From the IMG/VR virus record IMGVR_UViG_3300021956_000013, positions 1,236 to 65,235 of that record: a stretch of DNA of 64,000 bases, one strand, 5' to 3'. Both the position numbers and the translations under genes were made by a program. How positions within the stretch are numbered: position 1 is the stretch's first letter; each line of letters opens with the position of its first letter. The notes under the pieces were generated by a model. The model was not told the origin of the DNA. It saw only the letters and a program-made list of their open reading frames with translations, and ran no database searches. Below are positions 1 through 13,000 of the stretch, piece after piece. Source of the DNA: a virus.

Positions 1-3000
1 CCACCAGTAATTTTATAAGAACCATTCTCTGTAGTAGACAATGTATCTATATAGTTTGCTCCATATGCCAGTTGTTGTATAGAATTCTCTGTATCTTTAG
101 AGATTGTTGGAATATTTCCAACTATCCTCAACCTAGTTCCAAATCTATTAGCCATAAGAAGATTTGCATCTAGATTTTTATAAGTATAAGATATATAGTT
201 TGTTGAATTTGACAATAATGATGGACCAGTTATATTCAAAGATGAACTTTGAAGCGTTCCTTGTGAATTAGAACCAGTTCTATTATTAAAAAAATCTTTA
301 ATAACTGTTTCATATAATGCTTTTTGTTCAGTTATAAAGTCTGTTCCTGCTGAACCATCACTAATCCTAACACTATTTCTATCTTGTGTTAAGATTTCTA
401 AAGTTCTATCTATTGCGTTTAGTTTTACTGTAGATAATGTGGTTGACAAATTAGTATCAATTACAAAAGTGGTGTCATTAGTAATTTTTGTAATTTTGCC
501 TAATACAGTATTGGATGTTGTTTTTACTGTATATCCAACATTTAATCCAGTTGTGCTGTCTGTTGTTATGTTTTTTTGACCACTAGCACCAGAACAATTT
601 TTTAAAGATACTGTAGTTGTTTTATACGAATCATTAAATAACCACTTAGATTGCATACTAAATACTTTTTGATTACTAGTTTTTAAAAAATCTGTATTAT
701 CTTTTGTTGGAATTGCTACATGGTCTACTGCTTCGGTTCCAAATTGAGCACGACCATTTTCTACAATTCCAGAAATATATCCATTTAGATTATATTGTGG
801 TTTTGTATATATTCTAATTTTTCCTGTTTTTTTCATACTACCACCGAAAGGCAAGGCAGCATAATATTTAGAATAATCCGTGCTACTTGTAATCCAAACA
901 TTATCAGCATATCCAGTTATAGAATACTCTATAGCATCATATTTAATTACTTCTCCATTAGCATATAGATATCCATTATATTTATTTATAAACATAATTT
1001 CAGTTCCAAAATCAATTGTGTTGTTTTTTATAACAGCATTAGCAGTGTTTGGTTGGTCAGCATATGGTTGATATGTGGATAGCAGGTCTTGTGCTAGTGG
1101 CAGGGCAGCAAGAACAAATGACTGATTCTCCATTTTCTCTCCATTTATAGATGTCAAATTGTCAGTACCAGAAGATTCCCATAAAGTCACAGGCTTATAT
1201 TTATACGACCGTGTATCATCATATACTGACATTTCTTGTGTGGTTATTGCTGATTTTTGAATATATTTGTCATCATATACTACCTTACCAGAATTATACA
1301 CCACATCATCTTCGGATTCTAAAGAAATAATATTAGCAAGTTTTGTACTTGTTGGATGATTATTGCTTATATCACTTTTAGTATAGTCAATAGAACCATA
1401 AAGTGTTATGTCTTCAGATGCACCTGTCAAAGCGGTGTATTCATCAGCAGTTGGCATAATTCTATTTTTAGACATACATACAAAATTATTGTATTCATCA
1501 AAATACATTGCTGTTTGAGTAGATTGTGCTAAATCATTTAGTACTTCTCCAATTGTTGTATCTAAAGGTATGTAAAAGTATTTAATTATTGGCTCATTGT
1601 CATTAACAAGTCTATTAAATACAAAATTAGAAAAACCAATAGAATCAAACAATATTGATAGAGCATAACTTAACGATACATCCCTCAACATTATTGGTGG
1701 TGCCAAGAGACTTTCAAAATAAAAATATAAATCTCGTAAATCCATAGATACCAAACGCTCAGTTTTGTTTAGTTTTGGAAAGCCATCGGAATACATTGTT
1801 TTAATTGGAATAATGTAATTATATAAAGAAGAATTATATGGAACATTTTTTATCAATTCGTAAAATTTAATTTGAATGTTTTTTGAGTTAAGATTTGCAA
1901 TAATACTGCCAGATATTGAATTGGTCAATGAATCATACACTGGAATATTATTTGGATTAAATGATTGGTCATAGTCAAAGATTGACAGGGTTCCTTTGGC
2001 TGCTAATAGTTGTCCAACAGGAATGCCAGTGTTTCCAATATCTGAAGCAAGTTTTGTTATTGAGTAATCTTTTACTTTATCTGAAATGTTTGCAACTAGT
2101 CTTGGTGATAATTCAAGTAAATCAAGTGTTGAATTAAAACCATTTATTGTAGATACTACAACTCTTAATCCTTTGATATATTGAAATTCCCTGAAATTTG
2201 CATCGGTAGCACTTGTGGCAGTTCCATAAAACTTAGGAGAATCTAACTCAGTAACAAATGGTGTTGTCGTGGTCAGAGACTCTTCATTAACTTGCCAAGC
2301 ATATGATGGAGTAAACTGTGTCCAAGAAGAGCCATTCCAAACATAATAAATACCTATAGTTGTATTATCTGTAATTAAATAAGCATCTCCAAGATTTGGA
2401 CTTAATGGTAAAGAACTTGTAGAAATAAATTCATCGATATGTTTAAACGAAGTAACTGTATCTGGAATAACTAACCCATATGCAAGTTCTAAATATCCAT
2501 CAGAACCAATGATTCTTTTACCAGTTTTTCTTGTTTCTGTACCATCAAATGATTTTATATCTATCCAGGCATTTGAAGAATTCAAATATTGAATTTTCCA
2601 AACAACTGGTGTCTTTTGGTTGCTTAGAGTTACAGTTGCAGGATTCTCATAAAATGTATCGTAAATTGGAGAACCATTAGTATCTAAAAATGGTCCTTTG
2701 TCTATGCTACCAACGTGTGTTTGCATTTTTAAAACAATTCTATTTGCTGGAACTGGAGTTTCATATACAACAAATGGCGATGCATCATCTACAAAATATG
2801 TAGTTCCAGTGCTTATATTTTTACCAATACCTCTTTCAACATTGGTTTCATCTTTTCTGTATGATGTCCAATATTTAAACTTATCATCTTTTGAAGAGAT
2901 ATAATATCTTGGTCTAGAGTTCATGTCTTTATTTACAAAATTAATACTATTTGTTTGAAGATATCTTAACTTATTGATTCCAGAACGTGGTCTAAATTTT

Positions 3001-3332
3001 CCAAAACAATCGGATAATGAATAATATAATTTTTCTTTTTCGTCTGGTGCAGCAAAAATTGTTGGAGTAGTTGAACTATCTAAAATTCCTCTAGAGAACA
3101 CAACATTAGAATCAGTATATCCATACCAAGTTGGAGTAGTTGTTGACGATGTTTCATTTGCATATCCAGAAGATGCTGTATATGCTGTTCCAGATGTTGG
3201 TCTATTTTTATAATTACCAATTGCTAAAATATTTTCACTGACATTAAGATTCCATTCAGCAATAACCATTGACTCTATTTCAACTGTTGATGATTCCTCA
3301 ATATGATTTTTAAGTGCTGTATTTTGAAACAT
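1..3332 (-). CDS. Large minor tail/virion structural protein (partial, runs off left edge)
   Basis: ATG at 3332 (MFQNTALKNHIEESSTVEIES...) 1 nt after the stop of the upstream gene; frame appears to continue to the window edge; absent from ORF track because no stop in window; position after tape measure and Dit-like gene. Confidence 0.7.
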   Translation of the reverse strand, partial: MFQNTALKNHIEESSTVEIESMVIAEWNLNVSENILAIGNYKNRPTSGTAYTASSGYANETSSTTTPTWYGYTDSNVVFSRGILDSSTTPTIFAAPDEKEKLYYSLSDCFGKFRPRSGINKLRYLQTNSINFVNKDMNSRPRYYISSKDDKFKYWTSYRKDETNVERGIGKNISTGTTYFVDDASPFVVYETPVPANRIVLKMQTHVGSIDKGPFLDTNGSPIYDTFYENPATVTLSNQKTPVVWKIQYLNSSNAWIDIKSFDGTETRKTGKRIIGSDGYLELAYGLVIPDTVTSFKHIDEFISTSSLPLSPNLGDAYLITDNTTIGIYYVWNGSSWTQFTPSYAWQVNEESLTTTTPFVTELDSPKFYGTATSATDANFREFQYIKGLRVVVSTINGFNSTLDLLELSPRLVANISDKVKDYSITKLASDIGNTGIPVGQLLAAKGTLSIFDYDQSFNPNNIPVYDSLTNSISGSIIANLNSKNIQIKFYELIKNVPYNSSLYNYIIPIKTMYSDGFPKLNKTERLVSMDLRDLYFYFESLLAPPIMLRDVSLSYALSILFDSIGFSNFVFNRLVNDNEPIIKYFYIPLDTTIGEVLNDLAQSTQTAMYFDEYNNFVCMSKNRIMPTADEYTALTGASEDITLYGSIDYTKSDISNNHPTSTKLANIISLESEDDVVYNSGKVVYDDKYIQKSAITTQEMSVYDDTRSYKYKPVTLWESSGTDNLTSINGEKMENQSFVLAALPLAQDLLSTYQPYADQPNTANAVIKNNTIDFGTEIMFINKYNGYLYANGEVIKYDAIEYSITGYADNVWITSSTDYSKYYAALPFGGSMKKTGKIRIYTKPQYNLNGYISGIVENGRAQFGTEAVDHVAIPTKDNTDFLKTSNQKVFSMQSKWLFNDSYKTTTVSLKNCSGASGQKNITTDSTTGLNVGYTVKTTSNTVLGKITKITNDTTFVIDTNLSTTLSTVKLNAIDRTLEILTQDRNSVRISDGSAGTDFITEQKALYETVIKDFFNNRTGSNSQGTLQSSSLNITGPSLLSNSTNYISYTYKNLDANLLMANRFGTRLRIVGNIPTISKDTENSIQQLAYGANYIDTLSTTENGSYKITG

Positions 3333-3333
3333 G

Positions 3334-4002
3334 CTATACCTCTTCCAAAGTAACAGAGATATTCCATAAATCTAAATTATTTCCACCACGTTTTTGAATA
3401 GAGTAATCAAAACTAGAGATATACATCTGAATAGCCTGATTGTATTCTGCAAGTTGAGCATATTCATCTGAACCAGTAAAATTGGTATGTTTATCGTATG
3501 CTAGATATACCCAAAAAGTTCCAGTATGTTTGTCATACCATTCTAGCAATTCATTTCCTCCTGCACCACCATCAACTGTGTATTGGTCTCCTGTGGTTGT
3601 ATTAGTTAATGGTACTAATCCAGGAACCCCATTAGTAGTATTAAATAGTGGGTCATTTGCAAAAGACCTAGAAGGAAGCATTTGCCAAGATGTAGAGATA
3701 GTTAGTTTATCAGCAATATGATAGGAACGCATACGACCATTAATCATACGTTCACGTTTTTCAATACGAGTAGTCTTAAACTCGATTGGTGACCTGTTAT
3801 GGTCAGATAGAATTAAAAAATTATTGTCAGTGTTTAATACTCCACCTGTGGCAGAGCCAACTTCAGTACCATATGGCACATAGATGGTCTTTCCAGTAGA
3901 AGTGGTTTGTGTTGCTGGCTCACTATCAGCCCAAAGCATTGCTTGTGGTCTGGCATACTTTTTTCTACCATATATGTAGTTTGCACTTGCTGGAGTAGTC
4001 AT
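3334..4002 (-). CDS. Minor tail protein (distal-tail-like)
   Basis: 222 aa directly downstream of tape measure; ends WNISVTLEEV, a typical distal-tail-type C-terminus. Confidence 0.6.
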   Translation of the reverse strand: MTTPASANYIYGRKKYARPQAMLWADSEPATQTTSTGKTIYVPYGTEVGSATGGVLNTDNNFLILSDHNRSPIEFKTTRIEKRERMINGRMRSYHIADKLTISTSWQMLPSRSFANDPLFNTTNGVPGLVPLTNTTTGDQYTVDGGAGGNELLEWYDKHTGTFWVYLAYDKHTNFTGSDEYAQLAEYNQAIQMYISSFDYSIQKRGGNNLDLWNISVTLEEV

Positions 4003-7000
4003 TAAATCGTATTCCCTCTAATTCTTTGGTTATCAAGTCTTCTAATCTGTCCGATAACTGCATCGGCAATATCGTTTTGGTTAGACATTGAACTTACGTT
4101 CAAGTTGATATTATAATTATACACGCAATCGCCCATTGATGTTTCACCTTGGTTCATGGCATTAAGGCTATTTAGTCCAATCCTATCTACCGCTGATTTC
4201 TGGAATACATACTCTCCTTGGTGTAGATTAGCCAAGCCACCATCGCCAAACTTAGGCATCATTCCTACATAGCCACCAGTCTTAAATCTAGGAATAGCCA
4301 TTCCTCCATTGGCAAAATGGAACATTCCACCTGTCTGTTTAAATTCATTTTCTAGGTTTTCATAAATTATTTTCAAAAAGTTTGGGTCATTTCCAAATGT
4401 TCCAAAATGACTAAATTTAGGTGTTGGACTTGGAATAGTTTGTTCCATCCATTTACCGAATTGTGAAAGCATTAATGGATTATCTCCAATTTTTTCTTTT
4501 ACAAATTGACCAACGTAGTCTGTTTGTGATAGAACCTTCAATCTATTCATAAACTTTGAAGGGTCTACGGACATAAAGCCAGACTGCAATTGGTCAAAAA
4601 GTTTTTTATCTATTTGGTCATCGGAGAAAACTTCCCTTATGTTATAGCGTAATGCATTTAGCAATGTATCGGTTGCTCTTCTTGCAAGTGATAATCCACC
4701 AGTTGCATTTTCTAGGCTTGGCTGCATTTGCTGCAATCTTGTATTTCCAAAATCTAATGCATGAAATTTTCCAGTTGTTGCATCCATCAAAATATTTCCA
4801 GTATGAACATCAAGATTTCCAACAACTGAATTTAATAGTGCTGAACTAGATGCAAATTCTTTGACATTTTCTATTAATTGTTGTATTTTTTCATTTGGAG
4901 ACATTCCAGGTTTTGTTAACCATGCTTGTATGTTATTATTTCTAATTTGATTCGAATTTGGAATCTTTGGACTAGCAACAAGCAAAGAATCTCGATTACC
5001 CTCAATATGTTTTAAAATATTTGAAGCAGTTCCTGTAAATTCATTTTTAAGAAAATTGCCACTAGTGATTAGGTCATATGGAGCAACGCTTGCACCTAAT
5101 CTATTACCAATAAATGATGTCATTGGTTCTAAGAAAGATTTTTCTTGTTGTGCATAATGTTTTAGATATGTTTCAACATTATTAAGTGTATTTTTCATCC
5201 AAATACCCGACTCTATGCCACCTGAACCTAAAGCAGAATCTTTATATGGTGCAAAAATAGATGCAGTCTGAGATTTCTTTTTTGCTGCTGCTGCTTCTGC
5301 ATTAGATGCTTTTGCACCCAAACGTCCTCTATTATCAAATTTACCCTTTGTAAAGCCCCATCCCTTTTTATCTCCCAACATCCAATTTGTAAATGCATCA
5401 TCTGTTCCTTTATAACCAAGGTATCCCAATTTTCTTAATTGTTGAATCAGAGGGCTATTGAAATGAGAATCTTGCAATAGGTCTGTGGCTTTTGTTCCTT
5501 CTGGGAATCTCCAACCATTTTTTGCTGCAACTTTTAAAACAGTTTTTTCATCAGCATATCCTTTTGACAAAAGAGTGTCAAGTATTACTTTTGGTGTATT
5601 TTTAATTCCATAAACAAAATCTCCAAAATTATGGAAAATGTCTGATTGAGTATTTGTTTTTGCAAAATATGTTCCTGGTCCTGCAAGTCTTCCATTTACT
5701 ACTTCTACATCTTCTGGATGTTCGACACCCAATCCAGCCTTCTCGCTTCTTGTTTTACCAAATTTATTTAAAACTAGTGCTTCTAAGTTTTTAGGAAGCA
5801 TCTTTCCCATAACTGCCTGTAATCCCTTAATTCCTAAATACTTATTTGGACTAGTTGTATAATACTTTGTCAGCCAATCTTTCGGATGAGTATAACTCTT
5901 TTTTGTAGCATTTATTGTATTCTTTATTGCATTAAATCCTTGTCCAATGCTGCTTCCTGCAGTCTTGATGCCCTTTCCAATTGCACCAATTGCTTTTGGA
6001 ATCCACATTGCACCGAATCCAAATGCGGTATTTAGAAGACCTCCCCCAATATCACCTTTACCAAATGATGTTCCAGCATCGCCAAATGCTAGTCCAGAAC
6101 CAATACCTGGAGTAAAGTATCCAATATTCTTTCCAGTTTCTACAAGTTCTCTGCTTCCTGGTTGTGACATAGCCCAATATTGTTTTCTAGTCTGATAATC
6201 ATTAAACTTTTTGTAGTCTCCTTGATTCCAAGGTGCAGATGGGTCTGTTAAACTCCAGTTCTTAGGCTTTCCACCATCTTTATATCCTACTAAACCACCA
6301 TTGGCTTTACCAAACATTTTTTTATAATAGTCATAATTCTGATTACCAGATTCTGACCATGCCCAAGCATCTGTTCCACCATGAACATGTGCTTGTCTTA
6401 TTTGTCTATTTCTAAAAACAGACCAGTTAGAAAGTTTTCTCTTTTTTAAAGCCATATCATTCAAAACACCAGGAATCTTTTCATATCCCATCATTGGTGC
6501 AACATCTATTCCACGCAAATTCCATAAATAATCTAAATTGTTAAAATCTCCAAGAATAGAAGAAATAGTGTTTTTTCTATTTCCAAACATGTCATCTTTA
6601 TACCATGTAAAGTAATTACCATTTGGAGACATAATCTTTCTACCATTAGGTCCAGTTGTTAATCTTCCACCTTTAAAGGAATTAACTCTATAGTTTTTAA
6701 AGTCAGAAAGTGTTGGGTATCTATTAAAATACTTTTGACTACTAGGGTCTCCCCTTCTCCATTCTGGATTCCAGAAATTCATCATTGTGTCTTCTGAAGG
6801 CATAGCAGGTGGTCTATAAGTATAAGCCATCATTGCTGCTACAGAACGAGCATACTGACTCCAAAGAGGACCCTCTGCTTTTTGTGTAGGATTAGTTCTA
6901 TTTAATCTTTGTCTTGCAGAATCAATTGCTTTTTGTAGCATTGATTTTTTGTTTTCAACATTACCTGGGTCATCACTAGTATCATTAATTCTTGGTCCAC

Positions 7001-10000
7001 GAGTAACTGGTCCTCCGTCAGAGAACTTCATTCTATCTGCTTGGTTTAGTCTATCAAGTGTACTGACACCAATAGTCTTTACAGCATTTGCTCTAATAAC
7101 ATATTCTCCATTAGAAAGCATTGCTGGAATATCATCACTTGTTCCAGTACCTGGACCTCTAATATGACCACCTGTAGCCATTGCTACATCTCTAGGACCT
7201 CCACCACCATCACTATTATTAGGAGCAGGTGTCTGTTTTGGAGTATTTGCTGCAGCAGGTGTTTTTTGTAAAGCATTTAAAGTTTTTTGTTTTTCAATCT
7301 GTGCGTCTAACTGCTCACCAATCTTAATTTCACGGTCTAGTTGTGTTTTCTTGTGTCGTGTAATTATGGCTGTTGCATCAGCAATTCTTTCTTCTAGTTC
7401 TGCTCTAGTTACTGTCTTACCACCAATTTTTACTGTAAGAGCATTAATTTCAGCCTGTCTAGCATTTTCTAAAGATTTCTTTGTAGCCTCTATCGCTGCC
7501 TGAGCATTATTTTGTTTCATTTGATATGCTGCTCTTGTTGCTGCAGAAATATCTCCCTTAGCCAAAGCATCTGCCAAGGTTAGTTTATCTTGCTCTTGTC
7601 TATTAACTTCATTATTTAATGATTGAATTTCGTCAAGAGCCTTGATTCTTTGTTCATATGTTTTGTTAATCTTATCTTCATCAATTTTAATTACTTCTAA
7701 TCCAGATTGATACAAACTAATATGTTCTTGAATTTTCTCATCTGCTGATAGACCTAGCCATCTAGTTGCAATTTGTGCAAAACCATTCGGGTCCATTGAA
7801 GCCATTACTTTTGGAAGGGTCTTTAAGAAACTTGCCTTAATCTTTCCAGTAGTCTTATCAACAATCTTATCTATTTGGTCTTGTGGGGCATCGATAATTG
7901 CTTTAATTAGTTCTGGTCCTGCACCTGCTGAAGCAAGTTGCATCATAAGACCATTGGCACCAGTTATTTTAAACTTATCAATTGCTGCTTTAGATGCATC
8001 AAATCCTGTTGTAAGTGCTTGCTTAAAATCAAAAATATCTCTCTTTGTTTTTACAATAGCATCTAAGAATGATGATTCTGGAGTTCCTCCATTTCCACCA
8101 TTACCTCCTGCAGGATTTATAGAACTCATCACCTTGGCTGCCTCAGTTGCCTGACGAGCAAGCCATCTAACATATGCAACAATATCGTTTGGTTTTATAT
8201 TTTTTCCTTCTCCATTTTTCCAACTTGTATATTGGTCATAGAACTTAGGGTCACCAATCATGTTATAGTATGTATCAAATGTTTGAGTATAAACAATCTT
8301 ATTATCTTTATTTAATGACTTAATATATTGAGCATCTGCAGTCATCTGAGATAATTCTTGAGCACCATAAATTTTAGCAATAACAGGCAATGTAATTTCT
8401 TTAGAATTTCTTAGTGCATTTATGTGATTTTCAAAAGCAGTAAGTTTACCTAAGTTAATGTTTTTACCAAAGAAATTTTCAATATTTTCTGTGGCACCTG
8501 GACCACCAACTCCACCACCTCTTCTTACATCCATCATTGCATTAAGTCTTGTTTGTGCTTCTAGTGGATTCTTTGCTAAAGCAATATTTTTAGTAAATTG
8601 ATTTGCAGATGTTTTATTCATTTCTGATGCTAACATAGCCATATCAGAACCAGCAGTGCCTCCTAGATTTCGAATTGTTGTTCCAAGTCTAGCAACCATT
8701 GTTGAATCACCCTGATATTTATTGAGATAAGTTTGAGCAGCGTTTAAGTCTAATGACTTATTTGCAACTGATGCTTCTAATACCAGTTTATTTATATTGC
8801 TTGTATTTTTTAATCCATCAATCAAATCTTTTACTTGTGTTGCCTGTTTCTCCTGAGTAGTTCCTTTAAATGCTGCATCAATTGCCGCTTTCTGTGCATC
8901 CATAACAGAACCACTATTTGGACCAGCAGAATTATATAGAGATATTAAAGAATCATATGCGTCTATACTTGATTTAGTTAAAAGATTCAATCCAGCCTTA
9001 TACTTTTTATTCAAAAAGTATATTCTGTTTGTATCATTATTTTTTATGGCTTCATCCATTGCTGTCTGATAATCTATATATAATCCATCCATTTGCATTT
9101 GAACATTTTCTAGTTGACTCTTAATTGTTCCAACATATGTTCCAGCATTTTGTGCAATATCTACAATATTTTTTTGAATATTTAGCCATCTTCTACCAGT
9201 CATTGGAATGTTTGTATTGTATTTTCCATTAGCAGTTTTATCAAAATTATAGTTTGATTCATTTGTTGTAACTGATTCTTGACCAGTCTGAATAATCTGT
9301 AATCTAGCATTAATTAACAGTGGGTCTTTAGAAACATCTTTTCCATCTGGACCAAAAACAGTTAGAAGTCTTGCACTAACATCCATTGACAAATTGTAAT
9401 TTTTAAGTTGTCTTCCAACACTATCTGCAATACTTAGTGCTTGTCCTTCTGTAAAGATTCCATTAACTACCGCTGCTTGAAGTTGTGCTGCAAGTTGTGT
9501 ATTTGCAACCTTTTGACCACTATCAACTATATTGCTTTGAACACCTTCTAGTAATTTCTTTCCCTCATCACTTTCTAAGAAACTTTGTCCATAAGTTGTT
9601 TTTCCAATTTTAGTATTAAATAGAGATAGTTGATTACCTCTACGAACATTCATTATTTCGGTAGATGTTGCTTTTTTAGCATATGATGCAAGGTTCTCCA
9701 TTGCCTTACTGCCAAGACCAGTCTTTTCTGTTAATTCTAGTTGTTTTTTAATTTGTTCATCGTAAGCATTTTTAATTGCCCAAGCAGCAAGTGCTAAAGC
9801 ACCCAATGCAGCAATGACTCCAGTAACTGGACCAGTAATCATAGACATCATCATCATAGGCATCATAAGTTGCTGAGAAATTTCCCCAATTTGTCCGCCA
9901 GCCATAGAACCCATCATTGTTGGCATCATTGCAGCCATTCCTATTTTTTGAAATTTTCCAGAAGATTGATTTTGACTTGCTTTTGCTCTTGCATCTTTTA

Positions 10001-13000
10001 ATGCTGTTTTATTTGCTAATTTTTGTGCTGCCTTTGCTTGTGCGGCTGCTTCACGTTCTGCAAGAATAGTTGCTCTTCTACCAACATATCCACCAGTACC
10101 GCCAGACATAAGCATTGCATTTTGTTGTTCCATTGCTGCAAGTTCTGCTGCTTGACCTTCTCGATATACCGCTAAAACTTCAGCATTTTCCGTTCTCGCT
10201 GCTGCAACTCTTGCTTCTGCGTGAGCAGTACCTTCTACCTGTCCGCTTTCAGCGGCTATGGCTTGCATAGACATGCTTCTGGCTCTGGCTGCTTCTGCTT
10301 CAGTAACATCAAATTCAGCGTTTGTGGTTCTTCTGGCAGTATTATATGCTACAGCATCTTGTTCACCATCTGGACCAGACAAAACATGCGGACTATTTCT
10401 ATTTCTACTTTCTACATATGGGTCATTTTGTGGATTATCTGTGATGGATTTTTTACCTTTTTCATATGACCTTCCATCAACAATTCCTTGTTGCTCTAAT
10501 TGTTGTGCAGTTATTGGAGCAACATCTCTTCCTGCCAAGCCGCCAGGAAGATATCTATACCATCTATTTCCACCAGTTCTATATTGTTTTCCAGATGGAC
10601 CAAAGAAGCGTTTCTTTGTTGACATTCTAGTTGGGTCTGCACCACTTGGAACCTGCTTTGCTTCAATTCCAGCAGCACTTAACATACCTTCATTAATATT
10701 CATTCTTGTTTCATATAGTCCATTTGCTGCGGCTTCTAAACCCATTCTTAATTTAGATTGTGCTGGCAAAGTTTTAACTGCTTCTTGATGAATTAGTTCA
10801 AAATCTGTATCGGTAATCGTTGCAGAACGATTCATATCAATCATTCTTTGAACACCAGATTGTAGTGCTTGGTCGTATCTAGTTAATTCTTCTGTTACCT
10901 CTTGTTGTTTTAGTCCAGCCATTTTTAAACTTTGTTCCCATTTTGCTAATCCTTGTTGTTTAAAGTCTGATAAGAATGCTGTTGCAGGAACTGCCCCACC
11001 ATTTCTCATTCCAACGTTTAATCCCTTTGATTGGGTAAAACCAAGACCAGAATATGTGTGAATTTGAGCATCTCTACCAAACATTTGCATATAATCATTA
11101 AACATGATTTTTCTTGCCTGACTTAGTTTAACCAAACCTTGTTTTTCTAATTCTATAAGACCTTCATAGAATGAGCCAATTCCCATTGTTTTTCTAGATG
11201 TAATGTGTGCAAATTCTGTTCCACCACTAAATCCAGGAACATTTCCAGATACTAATTGCTTGACTAATCCTGGATAACGTGATACTGATGAAGCAGGGAT
11301 AATTGCTTCACCATTAGATACCCTTGCCAAAATAGAATCAGAGGTTCCAGAGCCTGGACCAGAAATCAAACCACCAGATGCATATGCTCTTGGGGCTGCT
11401 CCCTTTGGAATAGCAATTCCTCTATAAACTTCTTGTGCAGTAATAGCCTTTTGATATTCTGCAACAAGTCTAGAAATTGCTGCTGCTTCAGATGTGAATG
11501 TTTGTGTAAGTTTTCCATGAACTTGGTCAAGTGATGCTGCAACAGATGCTGCCTCAATTTGCTCTGAGGTCATATACTTGGTAGATGTTGCTAAATCTTT
11601 ACTACCTTTGCCAAGATTATTAAAGAATGATTTAAAGTTTGCAAATAGTTTAATTATGTTTGCAACACCGTTAGCAACTAGACCAACAACCATTAGAACA
11701 ACTGGACCAATACCTGCAACCAATCCAGTTAGACCAGTTATAAAACCTTTTGTTCCATCATCCAGTCCATCAAATCTCTTAAGGATATCACTAAAGAAAT
11801 TAAGGATTGGTGTTGCAGCCTTTAAGAATTGTTCTCCAATTGGCATCATTGCTGCTTGGAAATCCTTCATTGCTTTTTCAAATTTAAATGTTGGAGATTC
11901 TGATATTCTCGCCATTTCTCGTTGTGATACGATTGCAAGTTCTTCTGCACTTGCCTTTGTTAATTCTAGTGTTCTTGCTGCCTGACTACCCTGGTCTGTA
12001 ACGTTTTTGAACAATGTTGATAGACGAGCAAACTGGAACTTACCAAATAGTTGCTCAATTGCTTTTGCACGATTTAATGGGTCTAATTGATTTAATGCTG
12101 TAGCAAAATCAACTACTGTCTTCTTAAGGTTTCCCTTGTCTCCTTCAACAATTCCCTTGATGTTAATACCAAATCCAGCAAGCATTTTACTTGCAGTATT
12201 AGTTGGATTAATTAAAGATGCAAGACCAGACTTAAGTGCGTTAGCACCTTCAGATGCGTTAATGCCACCTTCCTTCATTGCTGTTAGGAAGAATGCTAGG
12301 TCCTCTACGTTACCACCAAGTTGTTGAACAACTGGTGCTGCTTTAGGAATTGCAGTAGTTAAATCATCGATAGAAAGTACTGTTTGGTTTTCTACTGCGT
12401 TTAGGAAGTCAATTTTTTGTGCTAACTGCTCTGCAGATAATCCAAAAGCATTAGTTAAACTAATGGTTGTTTCTAGACTCTTCTGTTGGTCTACCCCACC
12501 AAGAACAGCAAGTTTTGTAGCACTTGCAACTTGTGCCAACAAATCTTTACCCATTTTACCTGTTGCAGCGGCAGTAGCAGCCATATCCATAGTATCTTTA
12601 ATTGCAATACCATATTGTGTATAACTTTCAGCAAGTCTTCTAACTTCTCCAACCATTTTGTCTGTATCAGACTTCATGGTATTCATATCACCATAAACAC
12701 GTTTGAACTTTACTACAGCCTTTTCCATTTCATTAAATGATTTAACTGCTACAGAACCAAACATCATAAGTGGAACTGTAAAACCAACCATAAGTTGGCG
12801 ACCAGCCCATTGAGTATTCTTACCAAAGTTTAGTAGGTTTGTAGAACCTTGTTTAAGTAATTGATTTAATAACTGTTGTTTTTGAGCAGCAATTGCTGTT
12901 TTTGTACCAAGATTTTCCATATCCAATGCAAGTGGTCTAACCTTGATTGCTTGCATAGCACCATTGGCATCACGACCCATCTTGATATATTGTGTTTGTA

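Noticed and set aside
10258-12327. Long plus-strand ORFs opposite the tape measure gene
   Set aside because: Shadow frames of codon-biased Ala-rich sequence; no RBS or family motifs
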